A stretch of DNA of 55,022 nucleotides, taken from positions 1 through 55,022 of the forward strand of contig JAMCUV010000104.1 in the NCBI GenBank assembly GCA_023379345.1, given 5' to 3'. The notes under the pieces are model-generated. The model saw only the letters and a program-made list of their open reading frames with translations, made no database searches and had not been told where the DNA came from. This DNA comes from Thermoplasmatota archaeon. GTDB lineage: Archaea > Thermoplasmatota > Thermoplasmata > Thermoplasmatales > Thermoplasmataceae. Positions 46,372 through 55,022 of the stretch are shown here, piece after piece. Both the position numbers and the translations under genes were made by a program. Numbering within the stretch: the stretch's first letter is position 1; the number at the start of each line of letters is the position of its first letter.

Positions 46372-47421
46372 GTGGACAGGATCGTTGTCGCTATCACGAT
46401 TTTCATGTTCGTGTTCCTTGCGGCTGCTCCTGCTGTTACGCAGGCCCAGCCGGGAGCAGGTACCGCCTCGTTGGTCCTTGGCCGGTATCCTGGGATTAGT
46501 GCAAACCTGTCCAGCGGGATCCAGATCGACATGAAGACTGTGGGGCTCATACTTGTCATAAACTACACCGACGAAGCGGTTTTCGGGCCATCCTACGTTC
46601 CGGCGCTTATTCCATACATATCCAACTTCAGCAATGAATCCTGGGGGTTTGTGTCAGGTAATGGCAGCAGGGAATACACGTACTCTGCAAACATCACATT
46701 CAGGCAGGCTGGCCCGGGACTTGCAGAGGCTCTCTCGGGTCAGCTGGTGGGGAACCTGAGTTTCTTCAATGAGGAGAATACCATCAAAGCCCATATCCCG
46801 ATGCAGTTCCAGGCAAAAGTCTACGTTAATATATCAAAGACGGCAGTTTCTTCCCAACGTATGTCCATATCTGGCGCAGCGGGAAACTACACCTATGACA
46901 ACCTCTCCAGTTCCACGGTCGGCATAAACTTCAACGTGATATTCAACCAGCCAATAGGCTATAATGGCTCTCTGATACTTATCCAGAAGCTGGGGGTGGT
47001 GGCGTCAGGACCTCTGACGTCAGAAGACTTCAGGGCAAAGCTCGAGCGGGGAGGTGCCGAGAACCGCGGCTTCTCTGTGGGTAATGGAGGGCTGGAAAAG
47101 GCCATGGCATACTACTGGTGGAAGGGGACTTATGCGGTGAACGGCGTGTCCCAAAACCTGAGCTATGCGACTAAGATGCAGGACAATGCGGTCTTCGTTG
47201 CCTACTTCTATAACTTCAGTACCGGGAATTCAGTTTTCTATCAGGACCCGTACCTGACAATCCCTGGCCTCAACCTTAGCAATGTCAATATCATCGGGCC
47301 GGCAAATGAAGTTATCCAGTTCATCGTGCTTCATTCCGAACTCATCGCTTCCGGTCTTGTGATAGGTATTTTGCTCATAGCCGCCCCCTATGCTGTGTAC
47401 AGGAAGCGCAGAATCACCTAA
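46372..47421 (+). CDS. Secreted, C-terminally anchored glycoprotein-like protein
   Basis: Signal-like N-terminus (ITIFMFVFLAAAPAVTQA), many N-x-S/T sequons, a C-terminal TM helix and a basic tail (YRKRRIT). No family recognised. Confidence 0.6.
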   Translation: MDRIVVAITIFMFVFLAAAPAVTQAQPGAGTASLVLGRYPGISANLSSGIQIDMKTVGLILVINYTDEAVFGPSYVPALIPYISNFSNESWGFVSGNGSREYTYSANITFRQAGPGLAEALSGQLVGNLSFFNEENTIKAHIPMQFQAKVYVNISKTAVSSQRMSISGAAGNYTYDNLSSSTVGINFNVIFNQPIGYNGSLILIQKLGVVASGPLTSEDFRAKLERGGAENRGFSVGNGGLEKAMAYYWWKGTYAVNGVSQNLSYATKMQDNAVFVAYFYNFSTGNSVFYQDPYLTIPGLNLSNVNIIGPANEVIQFIVLHSELIASGLVIGILLIAAPYAVYRKRRIT

Positions 47422-47912
47422 TCCAGCAGATCCAGGAGGGAGAAGGCCAGTGACTCCACGAAACTCATCTTGTACCTTCGCAGGAATAAGAGGACCTCGT
47501 CCCTGTTTCTCAGCCTGACAGATGTCTGTTGACCTTTACCAAACTCCTCCAGTATTCCATCCTTCAGCATGGCCTTCAAAGCGGCGTTTATTTTCTCGTT
47601 CTTCAGGTCACGATCCGTGATCTCCCTGAAGTCATTCCTGATGAGGTGGGTGATTATTTCACGGGAAAACCTGTTCCTGAGGTGAAATGCCAGGCTCCGC
47701 TCCCTTATTGTGCCCGTTTCATTGGAGAAAAACCTTACCAGTTTCCCGTCACGGCGGGAGACGATCCTCCCGCTCTTCTCCAGCTGGTAGAGATGGTATT
47801 CCAACTGTCCCACTGCCAGCCCTGTCTTTCTCTGCAGTTCCCTGAAGTGCAACCCAGGGTTCTTGGAAACCGAATCAAGAAGCATCTCCTTTGTTTGGTT
47901 GATCTCTTTCAA
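47418..47912 (-). CDS. ArsR-type winged-helix transcriptional regulator
   Basis: LHFRELQRKTGLAVGQLEYHLYQLEKSGRIVSRRDGKLVRF forms an HTH plus wing. The C-terminal domain is unknown. Confidence 0.7.
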   Translation of the reverse strand: MKEINQTKEMLLDSVSKNPGLHFRELQRKTGLAVGQLEYHLYQLEKSGRIVSRRDGKLVRFFSNETGTIRERSLAFHLRNRFSREIITHLIRNDFREITDRDLKNEKINAALKAMLKDGILEEFGKGQQTSVRLRNRDEVLLFLRRYKMSFVESLAFSLLDLLD

Positions 47913-48212
47913 CTATGACAGGCCCCTCATGATCCCTGCGTAAAACAACAGGAGTATCACAATCAGAACCAGCTCTACGGTAGAACTGAAAGGCACGGAG
48001 ATTACTGTGAAGTAATCGGCTATGAATATTGCATCCATTATCAGTATGACCACAAAGCTCGCTAAAAGATATTTTACAAGCCCGACTCCTGACTTCCTGT
48101 ATGCCCTTACGGAAATGACAAGGAGAAACAGGGACAGAACCAGTATCAGACCAAGGACAATACCATAGACGTAACCCGCCAGAATATCAGTGGAGAACAT
48201 TTTGCCTTCCAA
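47913..48212 (-). CDS. Three-TM small membrane protein co-transcribed with the wHTH regulator
   Basis: 99 aa with three hydrophobic helices. Its stop abuts the regulator start. Confidence 0.55.
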   Translation of the reverse strand: MEGKMFSTDILAGYVYGIVLGLILVLSLFLLVISVRAYRKSGVGLVKYLLASFVVILIMDAIFIADYFTVISVPFSSTVELVLIVILLLFYAGIMRGLS

Positions 48213-48218
48213 CCAGAC

Positions 48219-48250
48219 GCATAAATAGATTTCGACTTAAGTATTTATGC
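48219..48250. promoter_or_regulatory. Inverted repeat GCATAAATA-N14-TATTTATGC immediately upstream of the membrane-protein/wHTH operon
   Basis: Arms at 48219-48227 and 48242-48250 are exact reverse complements and overlap TATA-like sequence. Confidence 0.35.
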
Positions 48251-48341
48251 GAATTATCTACATGAAGCGAGATACGGGATCATCGCCTCTTCACCTTCAT
48301 TAATTGAAAAATAATAAATAAACAATAAAAATATAACCTCG

Positions 48342-48836
48342 ATGGAGCTACGCAGCAAGATCGAGGCACTGCTCTACGCCAGTGAAACGCCGCTCAGCTC
48401 GGCGGAAATCGCAGAGATCGCAGGTGCAAGCACCGCGGATGTATACAGGGAAATCAGGAGACTCTCCAGATCCTATGATTCAGCCTCCTCGGCGCTGGAA
48501 GTCAGAAAAGTCGGAAACAGGTATAAACTGCAGCTCAGGGAAGCTTACCTGGATCTCGTTGTCCCCGTTTCCCAGCCTGAGTTCAGGAATGATGAACTGA
48601 TGCTGCTGGGTTTCGTCGCGGCACATCCTTCCTGCAAGCGGGGCGATCTCAGGACAAACTTTGGCGCGGACTTTGATTCGACCGTGGACAAGTTCATCAA
48701 AAGGGGTTTTCTCTCTTCGGAGCGTTACCGCAATACCGAGCTTTTCACGGTGACAAAAAAATTCTACAGGTACTTCAATATCACGGACAGGCAAGTTGAG
48801 GATTACCTCAAGAGCACAGAAAAGGTGGAGGAATGA
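48342..48836 (+). CDS. scpB: Segregation and condensation protein B (ScpB)
   Basis: 164 aa. IEALLYASETPLSSAEIAEIAG is the hallmark first wHTH, and a second wHTH follows. Confidence 0.8.
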   Translation: MELRSKIEALLYASETPLSSAEIAEIAGASTADVYREIRRLSRSYDSASSALEVRKVGNRYKLQLREAYLDLVVPVSQPEFRNDELMLLGFVAAHPSCKRGDLRTNFGADFDSTVDKFIKRGFLSSERYRNTELFTVTKKFYRYFNITDRQVEDYLKSTEKVEE

Positions 48837-50131
48837 CGAAAGTCCTGCTGGTTGGTGGTGGTGGAAGGGAGGATGCCATCTGCCGTGCCATGGTGAGATC
48901 TGAGGCATCGGTCTATGCCGTCCTCAAGAACGAAAACCCGTCAATCCTCAGGTTGAGCACTGATCACAGGATCATGGACGAAACCGATCATGATAAGATC
49001 CTTGCATTTGCCAGGGAATCTGGAGTGGAGCTAGCTTTCATTGGTCCGGATCCTGTCCTCAACACCCCGCTGGTTGACAGGCTTTGGCAGAGCGGGATTC
49101 CTGTTGCATCCCCGTCCCTGAGCGCGGCAAGAATCGAGACCTCCAAAGAATACATGAGATCACTTCTTGCAAGACATGGGATCAGTGGAAACATTGCATC
49201 AAGGACATTTACCGATCCCGAGGAGCTTTCCTCTTACGTTAGGGACCTTGAGCACGAGTTTGTTGTCAAACCTTTGGGACTGACGGGCGGAAAGGGGGTC
49301 AGGGTAATGGGGGATCATTTTCAGAATCCTGCGGAGGGGCTTGCATATGCAAAGGACATCCTGGATCATGACGGTAAAGTACTCATCGAGGATAAGGTAC
49401 AGGGTGAGGAATTCTCACTTCAGGTATTCACCGATGGAAGCCATGTCGCTCCCATGCCCATTGCCCAGGATTACAAAAGGGCTTATGAGGGTGATACGGG
49501 GCCAAACACTGGCGGGATGGGTGCCATCACTGATGCCGATCTTTCTCTTCCTTTCCTGAGGGCAGGAATACGGGAGAATGCCCTGGGCATCATGCGGCAT
49601 ATTATAAGGGCAATGAAGGAAGAAGGGAACCAGTTCCGTGGGATCATGTATGGCCAGTTCATGCAAACCAGAAGTGACCTGAGGGTCATCGAGGTAAATG
49701 CCAGGTTTGCAGATCCTGAAGGAATAAACGTGCTCCATATCCTCTACGATGACCTGCTGGAAATACTGTTCGGCATTGCAGAAGGGGACCTGAGGACGTA
49801 CGTCAATTTCAATCCACTTTCCACTGCGTTGAAGTACATAGTACCGGTGGGTTACGGTTCAAAGCCGGAGCCTGGGATGCTTGAGGTCGGGGACCTGGAT
49901 TATCCCAATGTCTCCGTGTATTATGCAGCGGTATCCGGTTCAATTTCCAGTGTGAAGATGACCTCATCCCGATCTCTCGCTATGATCGCGACGGGGCAAA
50001 GCATTGAGGAGGCCTCGGATGCTGTTGAACGTTCCATGTCCTGTATCAGGGGTAACTTCTACCACAGAAGGGACATAGGAAGCAGGGAACTGATGAAAAA
50101 GAAAATTGAGAGTGCAGGGATAAGCACATGA
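48833..50131 (+). CDS. purD: Phosphoribosylamine-glycine ligase
   Basis: 432 aa with an ATP-grasp fold, including KVLLVGGGGRE, VVKPLGLTGGKGV and GPNTGGMGA. Confidence 0.93.
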   Translation: MTKVLLVGGGGREDAICRAMVRSEASVYAVLKNENPSILRLSTDHRIMDETDHDKILAFARESGVELAFIGPDPVLNTPLVDRLWQSGIPVASPSLSAARIETSKEYMRSLLARHGISGNIASRTFTDPEELSSYVRDLEHEFVVKPLGLTGGKGVRVMGDHFQNPAEGLAYAKDILDHDGKVLIEDKVQGEEFSLQVFTDGSHVAPMPIAQDYKRAYEGDTGPNTGGMGAITDADLSLPFLRAGIRENALGIMRHIIRAMKEEGNQFRGIMYGQFMQTRSDLRVIEVNARFADPEGINVLHILYDDLLEILFGIAEGDLRTYVNFNPLSTALKYIVPVGYGSKPEPGMLEVGDLDYPNVSVYYAAVSGSISSVKMTSSRSLAMIATGQSIEEASDAVERSMSCIRGNFYHRRDIGSRELMKKKIESAGIST

Positions 50132-50136
50132 TCTAC

Positions 50137-51021
50137 TCATTCCATGGAGGCATATCCAAACACTCTGGGTGAGGCTGTGGGGCTAGCGATTGCTACTCTC
50201 CTGCGCAACACAGGTACTGGGCGGTCCAGCACAACGGTAGAACCTCGGATTGAACCTCTCTGGTAGCGCATGAAGTCAGAGATGAAAACCTCCATCCCGT
50301 CCTGTGTCTTGGTCTTCAGAGATGGGTGAACGCTGACCGCAGATGCGATGCTTTCCGTAGACGGTATCTTGGAGGCGCTAAGTACAGACCCACGGAACAC
50401 ATGCTCAAGATCAGCGTTCTTAAGGGCAAGGCCGACTCTAGATCCGGTCTCTGCCTCATCGAAATCTATGTCCTGCATCTGTATTGATCGCACCTGAACG
50501 TCAGGTCCTCCGCCGGTGTTATGGAGGTCCTGATGCTTCTTCACCGTGCCGGACATTACGAAACCCAGGGCCACAAGACCAACACTTTTCACCAGGAAAC
50601 TATGATCAACGATGACCTGAGTCCCATCGGCATCATGGGCTCCATAATATCCCCAGATCTGATCAGCAAGTTCCACTGGGCTACCGCTGAAGAAGGATGC
50701 ATCGCCTATTCCGGTCTGGGAGACCAGCCTCTTCAGCAACGCCACATCCGTCGCATCGTCTGTCACAAATATAGCCTTGCTCTTTCCCATTAGATCGGAG
50801 GCAATGAGAACCTCGCCGAACTCACGGTCAATCTTTCTGGCAGAGATCACTGCCACATCTGCGGGAAATAGGCTATCTGTGAGGGGCGATATCTTGTCCG
50901 GATACCTTATGGGCTCTATGAGCGTTATGACGCCGTTGTCGTCCTTCCTGTTGTACAGTGCAATGTCGCTTTCAGTTCCCTTCTTCGATATGCTCTTTAC
51001 TATGTCCTGACAGTTATACAT
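50137..51021 (-). CDS. EF-Tu/SelB-like protein with degenerate G domain
   Basis: About 294 aa. It has a GTPase-like N-domain layout but no GxxxxGK[ST] P-loop. A beta-barrel domain-2-like region follows (GTVKKHQDL...VRSIQMQDIDFDEAETGSRVGLALK). The call is tentative. Confidence 0.4.
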   Translation of the reverse strand: MYNCQDIVKSISKKGTESDIALYNRKDDNGVITLIEPIRYPDKISPLTDSLFPADVAVISARKIDREFGEVLIASDLMGKSKAIFVTDDATDVALLKRLVSQTGIGDASFFSGSPVELADQIWGYYGAHDADGTQVIVDHSFLVKSVGLVALGFVMSGTVKKHQDLHNTGGGPDVQVRSIQMQDIDFDEAETGSRVGLALKNADLEHVFRGSVLSASKIPSTESIASAVSVHPSLKTKTQDGMEVFISDFMRYQRGSIRGSTVVLDRPVPVLRRRVAIASPTASPRVFGYASME

Positions 51022-51038
51022 GAACACGTTTATGCTTT

Positions 51039-51944
51039 TCAACTGTTGACCTCCTTTGCCCTTGAAGCAGCTATTGCCTGGTTGCAAACAAGCGATACAA
51101 AGTCTTCGCCTGAATCAGGCATTTTGGTTCTCATATATTCCATTCCCCGTTTCCTGACCTCTGACCCGAACTCGGTGTCCAGGTCATAGAGAATCTCCAT
51201 GTGCTCATAGCAGAATCCCACAGGTACCGCAAGAAGACGGCTGAATCCATGGGAGTTCTCCAGAACCGACCAGACAGAGGGCTCAAGCCATCTTGATCCG
51301 TACTTTCCCCTGCTCTGATAACCATAACCATAAGACCTGATTCCAAGTTCGGATGCTATGGCTGCCGCAGATGCCCTGAAGCTTTCATCATATGCATGCT
51401 CCTCTCCCTGCGAGAGCGGCAGGCTGTGTGCTGTGAACAGCACCAGAGTGCCATTACGGCTCCAGTTGCTGTCTGCCTTCAGGAGCCTGACCCACATGTC
51501 CGTGAACATGGCGTTTTCACCAAAACCGTTGAGAAAGGTGATGTCCGCAAAATTGCCTGCAGATTCAACAGATTCCTCTAAGGGGATCATATAGGATTTC
51601 TCCACGTTCTTGGACGGAAAAGGAAACAGAGGGAGCGCTATGACGTGCTCTATTCCATCCCGCTTCATATCTTCCACCGCGTCCTTCAGCCAGGGCTTCC
51701 AGTGCTTGTTTCCAAGATAAGTCTGAATACCCGTTGTTAGAAGTGCTGATCGGACCGCATCAAAGAGCTTCCTGATGATTTGATTTGATGGGGAGCGTCC
51801 GTTTACCATTGAGTACTTTCTGCTATTTTCCGCAACGGCATATTTTGGGACAGGCCTGCCTTCATAGATACCTTCGAGATACGGCACCACTTCACTCATC
51901 GATCCCGGGCTTCCGTAAGCCATGAGGAGGAGGCCTTCCTTCAT
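51039..51944 (-). CDS. hemH: Ferrochelatase
   Basis: 301 aa with LLLMAYGSP, FTAHSLP and C-terminal EHMEILYDLD-type motifs. Confidence 0.88.
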   Translation of the reverse strand: MKEGLLLMAYGSPGSMSEVVPYLEGIYEGRPVPKYAVAENSRKYSMVNGRSPSNQIIRKLFDAVRSALLTTGIQTYLGNKHWKPWLKDAVEDMKRDGIEHVIALPLFPFPSKNVEKSYMIPLEESVESAGNFADITFLNGFGENAMFTDMWVRLLKADSNWSRNGTLVLFTAHSLPLSQGEEHAYDESFRASAAAIASELGIRSYGYGYQSRGKYGSRWLEPSVWSVLENSHGFSRLLAVPVGFCYEHMEILYDLDTEFGSEVRKRGMEYMRTKMPDSGEDFVSLVCNQAIAASRAKEVNS

Positions 51945-52964
51945 CTAACGGGAATAGGAGTGAACGATATTAACTATATCTCTGAGCGTACCGGGGTCGG
52001 TCCCGGGAAGCACACCGTGCCCCAGATTGAAAATGTAGCCGTCCTGATCAAGCATCGAATCCACAATGCGCCTTGTCTCAGTTTCGCATGCCTGTGATCC
52101 GGACTGAGAAAGCACCGGATCAAGGTTTCCCTGAAGCCCGGTGCCGCTTCTTACCACACCGATCAGCGAGGAGAGATCGCTCCTCCAGTCCATGCTCAGG
52201 AATGTGGCTCCCAGTTCCTTCAACTGATCAACCAGATGCCATGATGACGTTGAGAAGTATATGCTTCTTGAGCTACCAAGTTCAGTAAAGATGTCGGAAA
52301 GAAAGTTCTCCCTGTATTGTTGAAACTGATCCCTGGACATGGATCCAGCCCAACTGTCAAAGATCTGGACCACATCACATCCAGCGGAAATCTGGCTTTT
52401 CAACAGCAGGATCATCGCATCGGTGACATGTCTCAAGATCCTCCTGTATACGTCGGGTTTTCTATACATCAACGACCTCGTTGCTGCAAGGTCCCCATCC
52501 GATTCGCCCTTTATGAGGTAAGAGGCCACTGTCACGGGTCCTCCGCAGAACCCGATCAATGGTGTGGAAGGATGCCTTGATTTGAACAACCTGACGGCTT
52601 CGACAGGCAGATATGGATCCGCTGCGGGCTCATAATCCATGATTTTACTGTTCTGCCCACTCAGCACTGAGTTGGAAATCATGGGTCCCTTTCCATCTTC
52701 ATAATGGAGCGTGAACCCCATTGTTTCCACTGGCAGCAGTATATCTGAAAATATGATGGAGGCATCAACCCCGATTTCATTGACGGGAAGATAGCTGATC
52801 TCCTCCACAGTATTCGGATCTAAGGTAATCTCCATTATGGATCTGTTTTTTCGCAATTCATGATATTTTGGCAGGTACCTACCGGCCTGCCTCATAAACC
52901 ATACTGGGACCTTCTCGTGATCGTTCCCCTCGATGGCTGCAAGGAAATTGTTTTTATTGCACAT
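51945..52964 (-). CDS. hemE: Uroporphyrinogen decarboxylase
   Basis: 339 aa with PVWFMRQAGRYLPKY and FDSWAG motifs. Directly abuts hemH. Confidence 0.9.
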   Translation of the reverse strand: MCNKNNFLAAIEGNDHEKVPVWFMRQAGRYLPKYHELRKNRSIMEITLDPNTVEEISYLPVNEIGVDASIIFSDILLPVETMGFTLHYEDGKGPMISNSVLSGQNSKIMDYEPAADPYLPVEAVRLFKSRHPSTPLIGFCGGPVTVASYLIKGESDGDLAATRSLMYRKPDVYRRILRHVTDAMILLLKSQISAGCDVVQIFDSWAGSMSRDQFQQYRENFLSDIFTELGSSRSIYFSTSSWHLVDQLKELGATFLSMDWRSDLSSLIGVVRSGTGLQGNLDPVLSQSGSQACETETRRIVDSMLDQDGYIFNLGHGVLPGTDPGTLRDIVNIVHSYSR

Positions 52965-52982
52965 TTCAAAAACTGAGAAGGA

Positions 52983-54275
52983 TTAAGGCCTTGTCCTTCG
53001 GATGGTCCTGGGAAACGGAATTGCATCCCTGATAGTATCAAGACCGCATATCCACCATATCAACCGATCCAAACCCAGACCAAAACCGGAGTGTGGAACG
53101 CTTCCATACGTTCTAAGATCCACATACCAGTAATAATCTTCAGGGTTCAGATTATACCTCTTAAGTTTCTCTTTAAGTTCCTTCAGATTCCAAATTCTCT
53201 CTCCACCACCGATTATCTCACCATAACCTTCAGGGGCGAGCAGATCATGACACAGTAGTTCTCCCGGCGTTTCAGGATCTTCCCTGTGATAGAAGGTAGG
53301 TTTGATCGCAACGGGATAGTGTGTAACAAAAACCGGCTTGTCAAAATGCACAGTTATTGCCCTCTCTTCATCTGCACCAAGATCGTCTCCATACTTGAGG
53401 CCGAGTCCCCACTCAGGCATTTTCTGCATAAGTTCTGAATATCTCATCCTTGGAAACGGAGCCCTGATGTTTTCTAGTTTTGAAAGGTCTCTTTTGAGCA
53501 TTAAAAGTTCTTCCTTGTTCCTTTCCAGAACTTCCCTTATAATGTATTCGATCATTCTCTCTTCGTCCCGCATCATGTCTTCATTGGCGTACCATGCAGC
53601 CTCGGCCTCAGCATGCCAGTATTCTGTCAGGTGCCTTCTGGTTCTGGATTTCTCTGCCCTGAAGCTGGGGGCTATGGTGAAAACCTTCTCAAGCGCAAAC
53701 ATCATAACCTCAAGATAGAACTGAGAACTCTGTGCAAGACTTATCTCCTCACCAAAGAAATCAAGCTTGAAAAGGGTCGAGCCGCCTTCAGTGGCCGTTG
53801 ATACCATCATGGGACCCTGTGTCTGATAGTACCCTTCGTTATAGAAGAAATCTGAAAACGCCCTGAAAACCGTGCTTCTGATTTTCATTATTGAGGTCAT
53901 CTCTCTGCTTCTCAACCAGAGGTGCCTTATGTCCAGAAGGAATTCTTCTCCCTTGTCCTTTGTGATTGGATAGTTATCATTTCTCTGAAAAATTCTGTAG
54001 TCAGAAATCTGCAGTTCATATCCGCCCGCGGAGCGCTTATCCTCTTTTACCACTCCAGTAACAGACAGGCTGCTCTCAATGGTTAAACCTGAAAGCTCTT
54101 TAATTTTCATATCACCGAGAGACTCCTTGGACGCCACGGTCTGGACAATTCCAGATGAGTCTCTGATTACAATGAAGCATAGCGATCCACTGCTCCTTAT
54201 GCGATATACCCATCCCCTGATCTCTGCCTGCTTTCCTGTGAGGGATCCTGAGAGGATTTCACCAATCCTGTTCAT
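52983..54275 (-). CDS. asnS: Asparagine-tRNA ligase
   Basis: 430 aa, class IIb. Contains [31 protein letters not shown] and [15 protein letters not shown]. It aligns by eye with archaeal AsnRS rather than AspRS. Confidence 0.88.
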   Translation of the reverse strand: MNRIGEILSGSLTGKQAEIRGWVYRIRSSGSLCFIVIRDSSGIVQTVASKESLGDMKIKELSGLTIESSLSVTGVVKEDKRSAGGYELQISDYRIFQRNDNYPITKDKGEEFLLDIRHLWLRSREMTSIMKIRSTVFRAFSDFFYNEGYYQTQGPMMVSTATEGGSTLFKLDFFGEEISLAQSSQFYLEVMMFALEKVFTIAPSFRAEKSRTRRHLTEYWHAEAEAAWYANEDMMRDEERMIEYIIREVLERNKEELLMLKRDLSKLENIRAPFPRMRYSELMQKMPEWGLGLKYGDDLGADEERAITVHFDKPVFVTHYPVAIKPTFYHREDPETPGELLCHDLLAPEGYGEIIGGGERIWNLKELKEKLKRYNLNPEDYYWYVDLRTYGSVPHSGFGLGLDRLIWWICGLDTIRDAIPFPRTIRRTRP

Positions 54276-54320
54276 TTTCGCTTAGAATCGGTTCTCGTAT
54301 GATATAGTTTCGTTGTGAAA

Positions 54321-54899
54321 TCAGGAAATATGAAGCTTCAGAGGGTATGAATATTTGTGCGGAAGCTTGATCCTGCTCAATTCACTGGGCCCAAAATTTT
54401 CCAGTGCCTTTTTGGTACGCATGTAAACCCTTTCGGCTTCGCCTCGCTGGCCCATCTGTCCCTTGATCATCGAAACACATAGATATATAATCAGCTGAAT
54501 TTCCTGTTTAGTTCTCCCCCGTGCTAACTTCCAGTGCTTTTCCAGAAATTCATGTGCTTCCCAGTACCTTTCCTGCTCGAACAAGGGTCTGATTCTCTTT
54601 AGAAGGCATCCAATTATTTCTTCATTATATGAACAGTCTTGCATGCTGTTCGCTGAATCTGCCATCCTCCAACCTGTCACAAAATACCTTGAAATAATTT
54701 CACTAAGGGTCTTCTCAACATCATCGATGTCAAGATCGATTTCAGAGCCTGTACTCTTTTGTCTTACAATTACGTGGCGGGGTTTAAGTCTGGAAGTGAT
54801 GTAATATTTGTTTGGGGACCCGAAGGTTGATTCAACGATTATTCTCACGCCCAAATACCTCCGCGGTGGAATAAAAGATATTTCATAGTCAGTAAACAA
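54321..54899 (-). CDS. DUF309-domain protein with an N-terminal domain of unknown function
   Basis: The C-terminal half contains FEQERYWEAHEFLEKHWK, the DUF309 signature. Confidence 0.55.
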   Translation of the reverse strand: MFTDYEISFIPPRRYLGVRIIVESTFGSPNKYYITSRLKPRHVIVRQKSTGSEIDLDIDDVEKTLSEIISRYFVTGWRMADSANSMQDCSYNEEIIGCLLKRIRPLFEQERYWEAHEFLEKHWKLARGRTKQEIQLIIYLCVSMIKGQMGQRGEAERVYMRTKKALENFGPSELSRIKLPHKYSYPLKLHIS

Positions 54900-54948
54900 C
54901 CATCCCAGTTAAATAATTTATATTCTTTCATATTCTTCCGCCTGAATC

Positions 54949-55020
54949 GGATAGGTGGCAGAGAGGTCATGCGTGGGACTGCAGATCCCATTTACTAGGG
55001 TTCAAATCCCTACCTATCCT
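54949..55020 (+). tRNA. tRNA-Cys (anticodon GCA)
   Basis: GGATAGG/CCTATCC acceptor stem, anticodon arm TGGGA-CTGCAGA-TCCCA, T arm TAGGGTTCAAATCCCTA and discriminator T (U73, the Cys identity element). Confidence 0.88.
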
Positions 55021-55022
55021 TT

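Noticed and set aside
1-55022. CRISPR arrays, IS elements or transposases, integrases, toxin-antitoxin pairs and recognisable defence systems
   Set aside because: I found no spaced direct-repeat array and no transposase, integrase or defence-type domain in any frame I read. The window looks like core chromosome apart from the T4SS-like module.

Overview
This 55-kb window looks like chromosomal DNA from an archaeon, most likely an acidophilic Thermoplasmata-type euryarchaeon. That lineage call is an inference from gene content. Supporting genes are ribosomal protein S17e, GGGP and DGGGP synthases, Trm1, TrmI, an NFACT protein, an MptD-like gene, an intron-containing tRNA-Tyr with a C1:G72 pair, a bacterial-type grpE-dnaK-dnaJ operon, and a cupredoxin-linked terminal oxidase. 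Coding density is high, with about 60 genes and three tRNAs (Asp, Tyr with intron, Cys). Recognisable blocks include thiolase/enoyl-CoA hydratase, the DnaK chaperone operon and an M50 site-2 protease. They also include a tightly coupled haem-copper oxidase operon (subunits II and I, a multi-domain cupredoxin, haem O synthase, and two membrane proteins of unknown role) and sat-cysH placed divergently from a ComA-wHTH fusion. Further blocks are purS-purL, purD, ether-lipid synthases, rpiA, thiI plus a rhodanese, hemE-hemH and asnS. The most interesting region is 34.3-37.7 kb. Four co-directional genes there encode a VirB2-like two-helix protein, a VirB6-like polytopic protein, a VirB3/VirB4-N-like protein and a VirB4/TrbE/CedB-like ATPase. 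I saw no relaxase, coupling protein or integrase nearby, and the module appears transcriptionally fused to an ABC-2 exporter and an acyl-CoA thioesterase. This resembles the Ced/Ted DNA-import machines of Crenarchaeota, but in a different lineage and context. Secondary leads are a sulfate-to-phosphosulfolactate gene trio, a four-repeat cupredoxin with only one intact copper site, and three unusually long non-coding stretches with palindromes. I found no CRISPR array, IS element or integrase. All calls rest on reading the translations and the sequence by eye; no searches were run.
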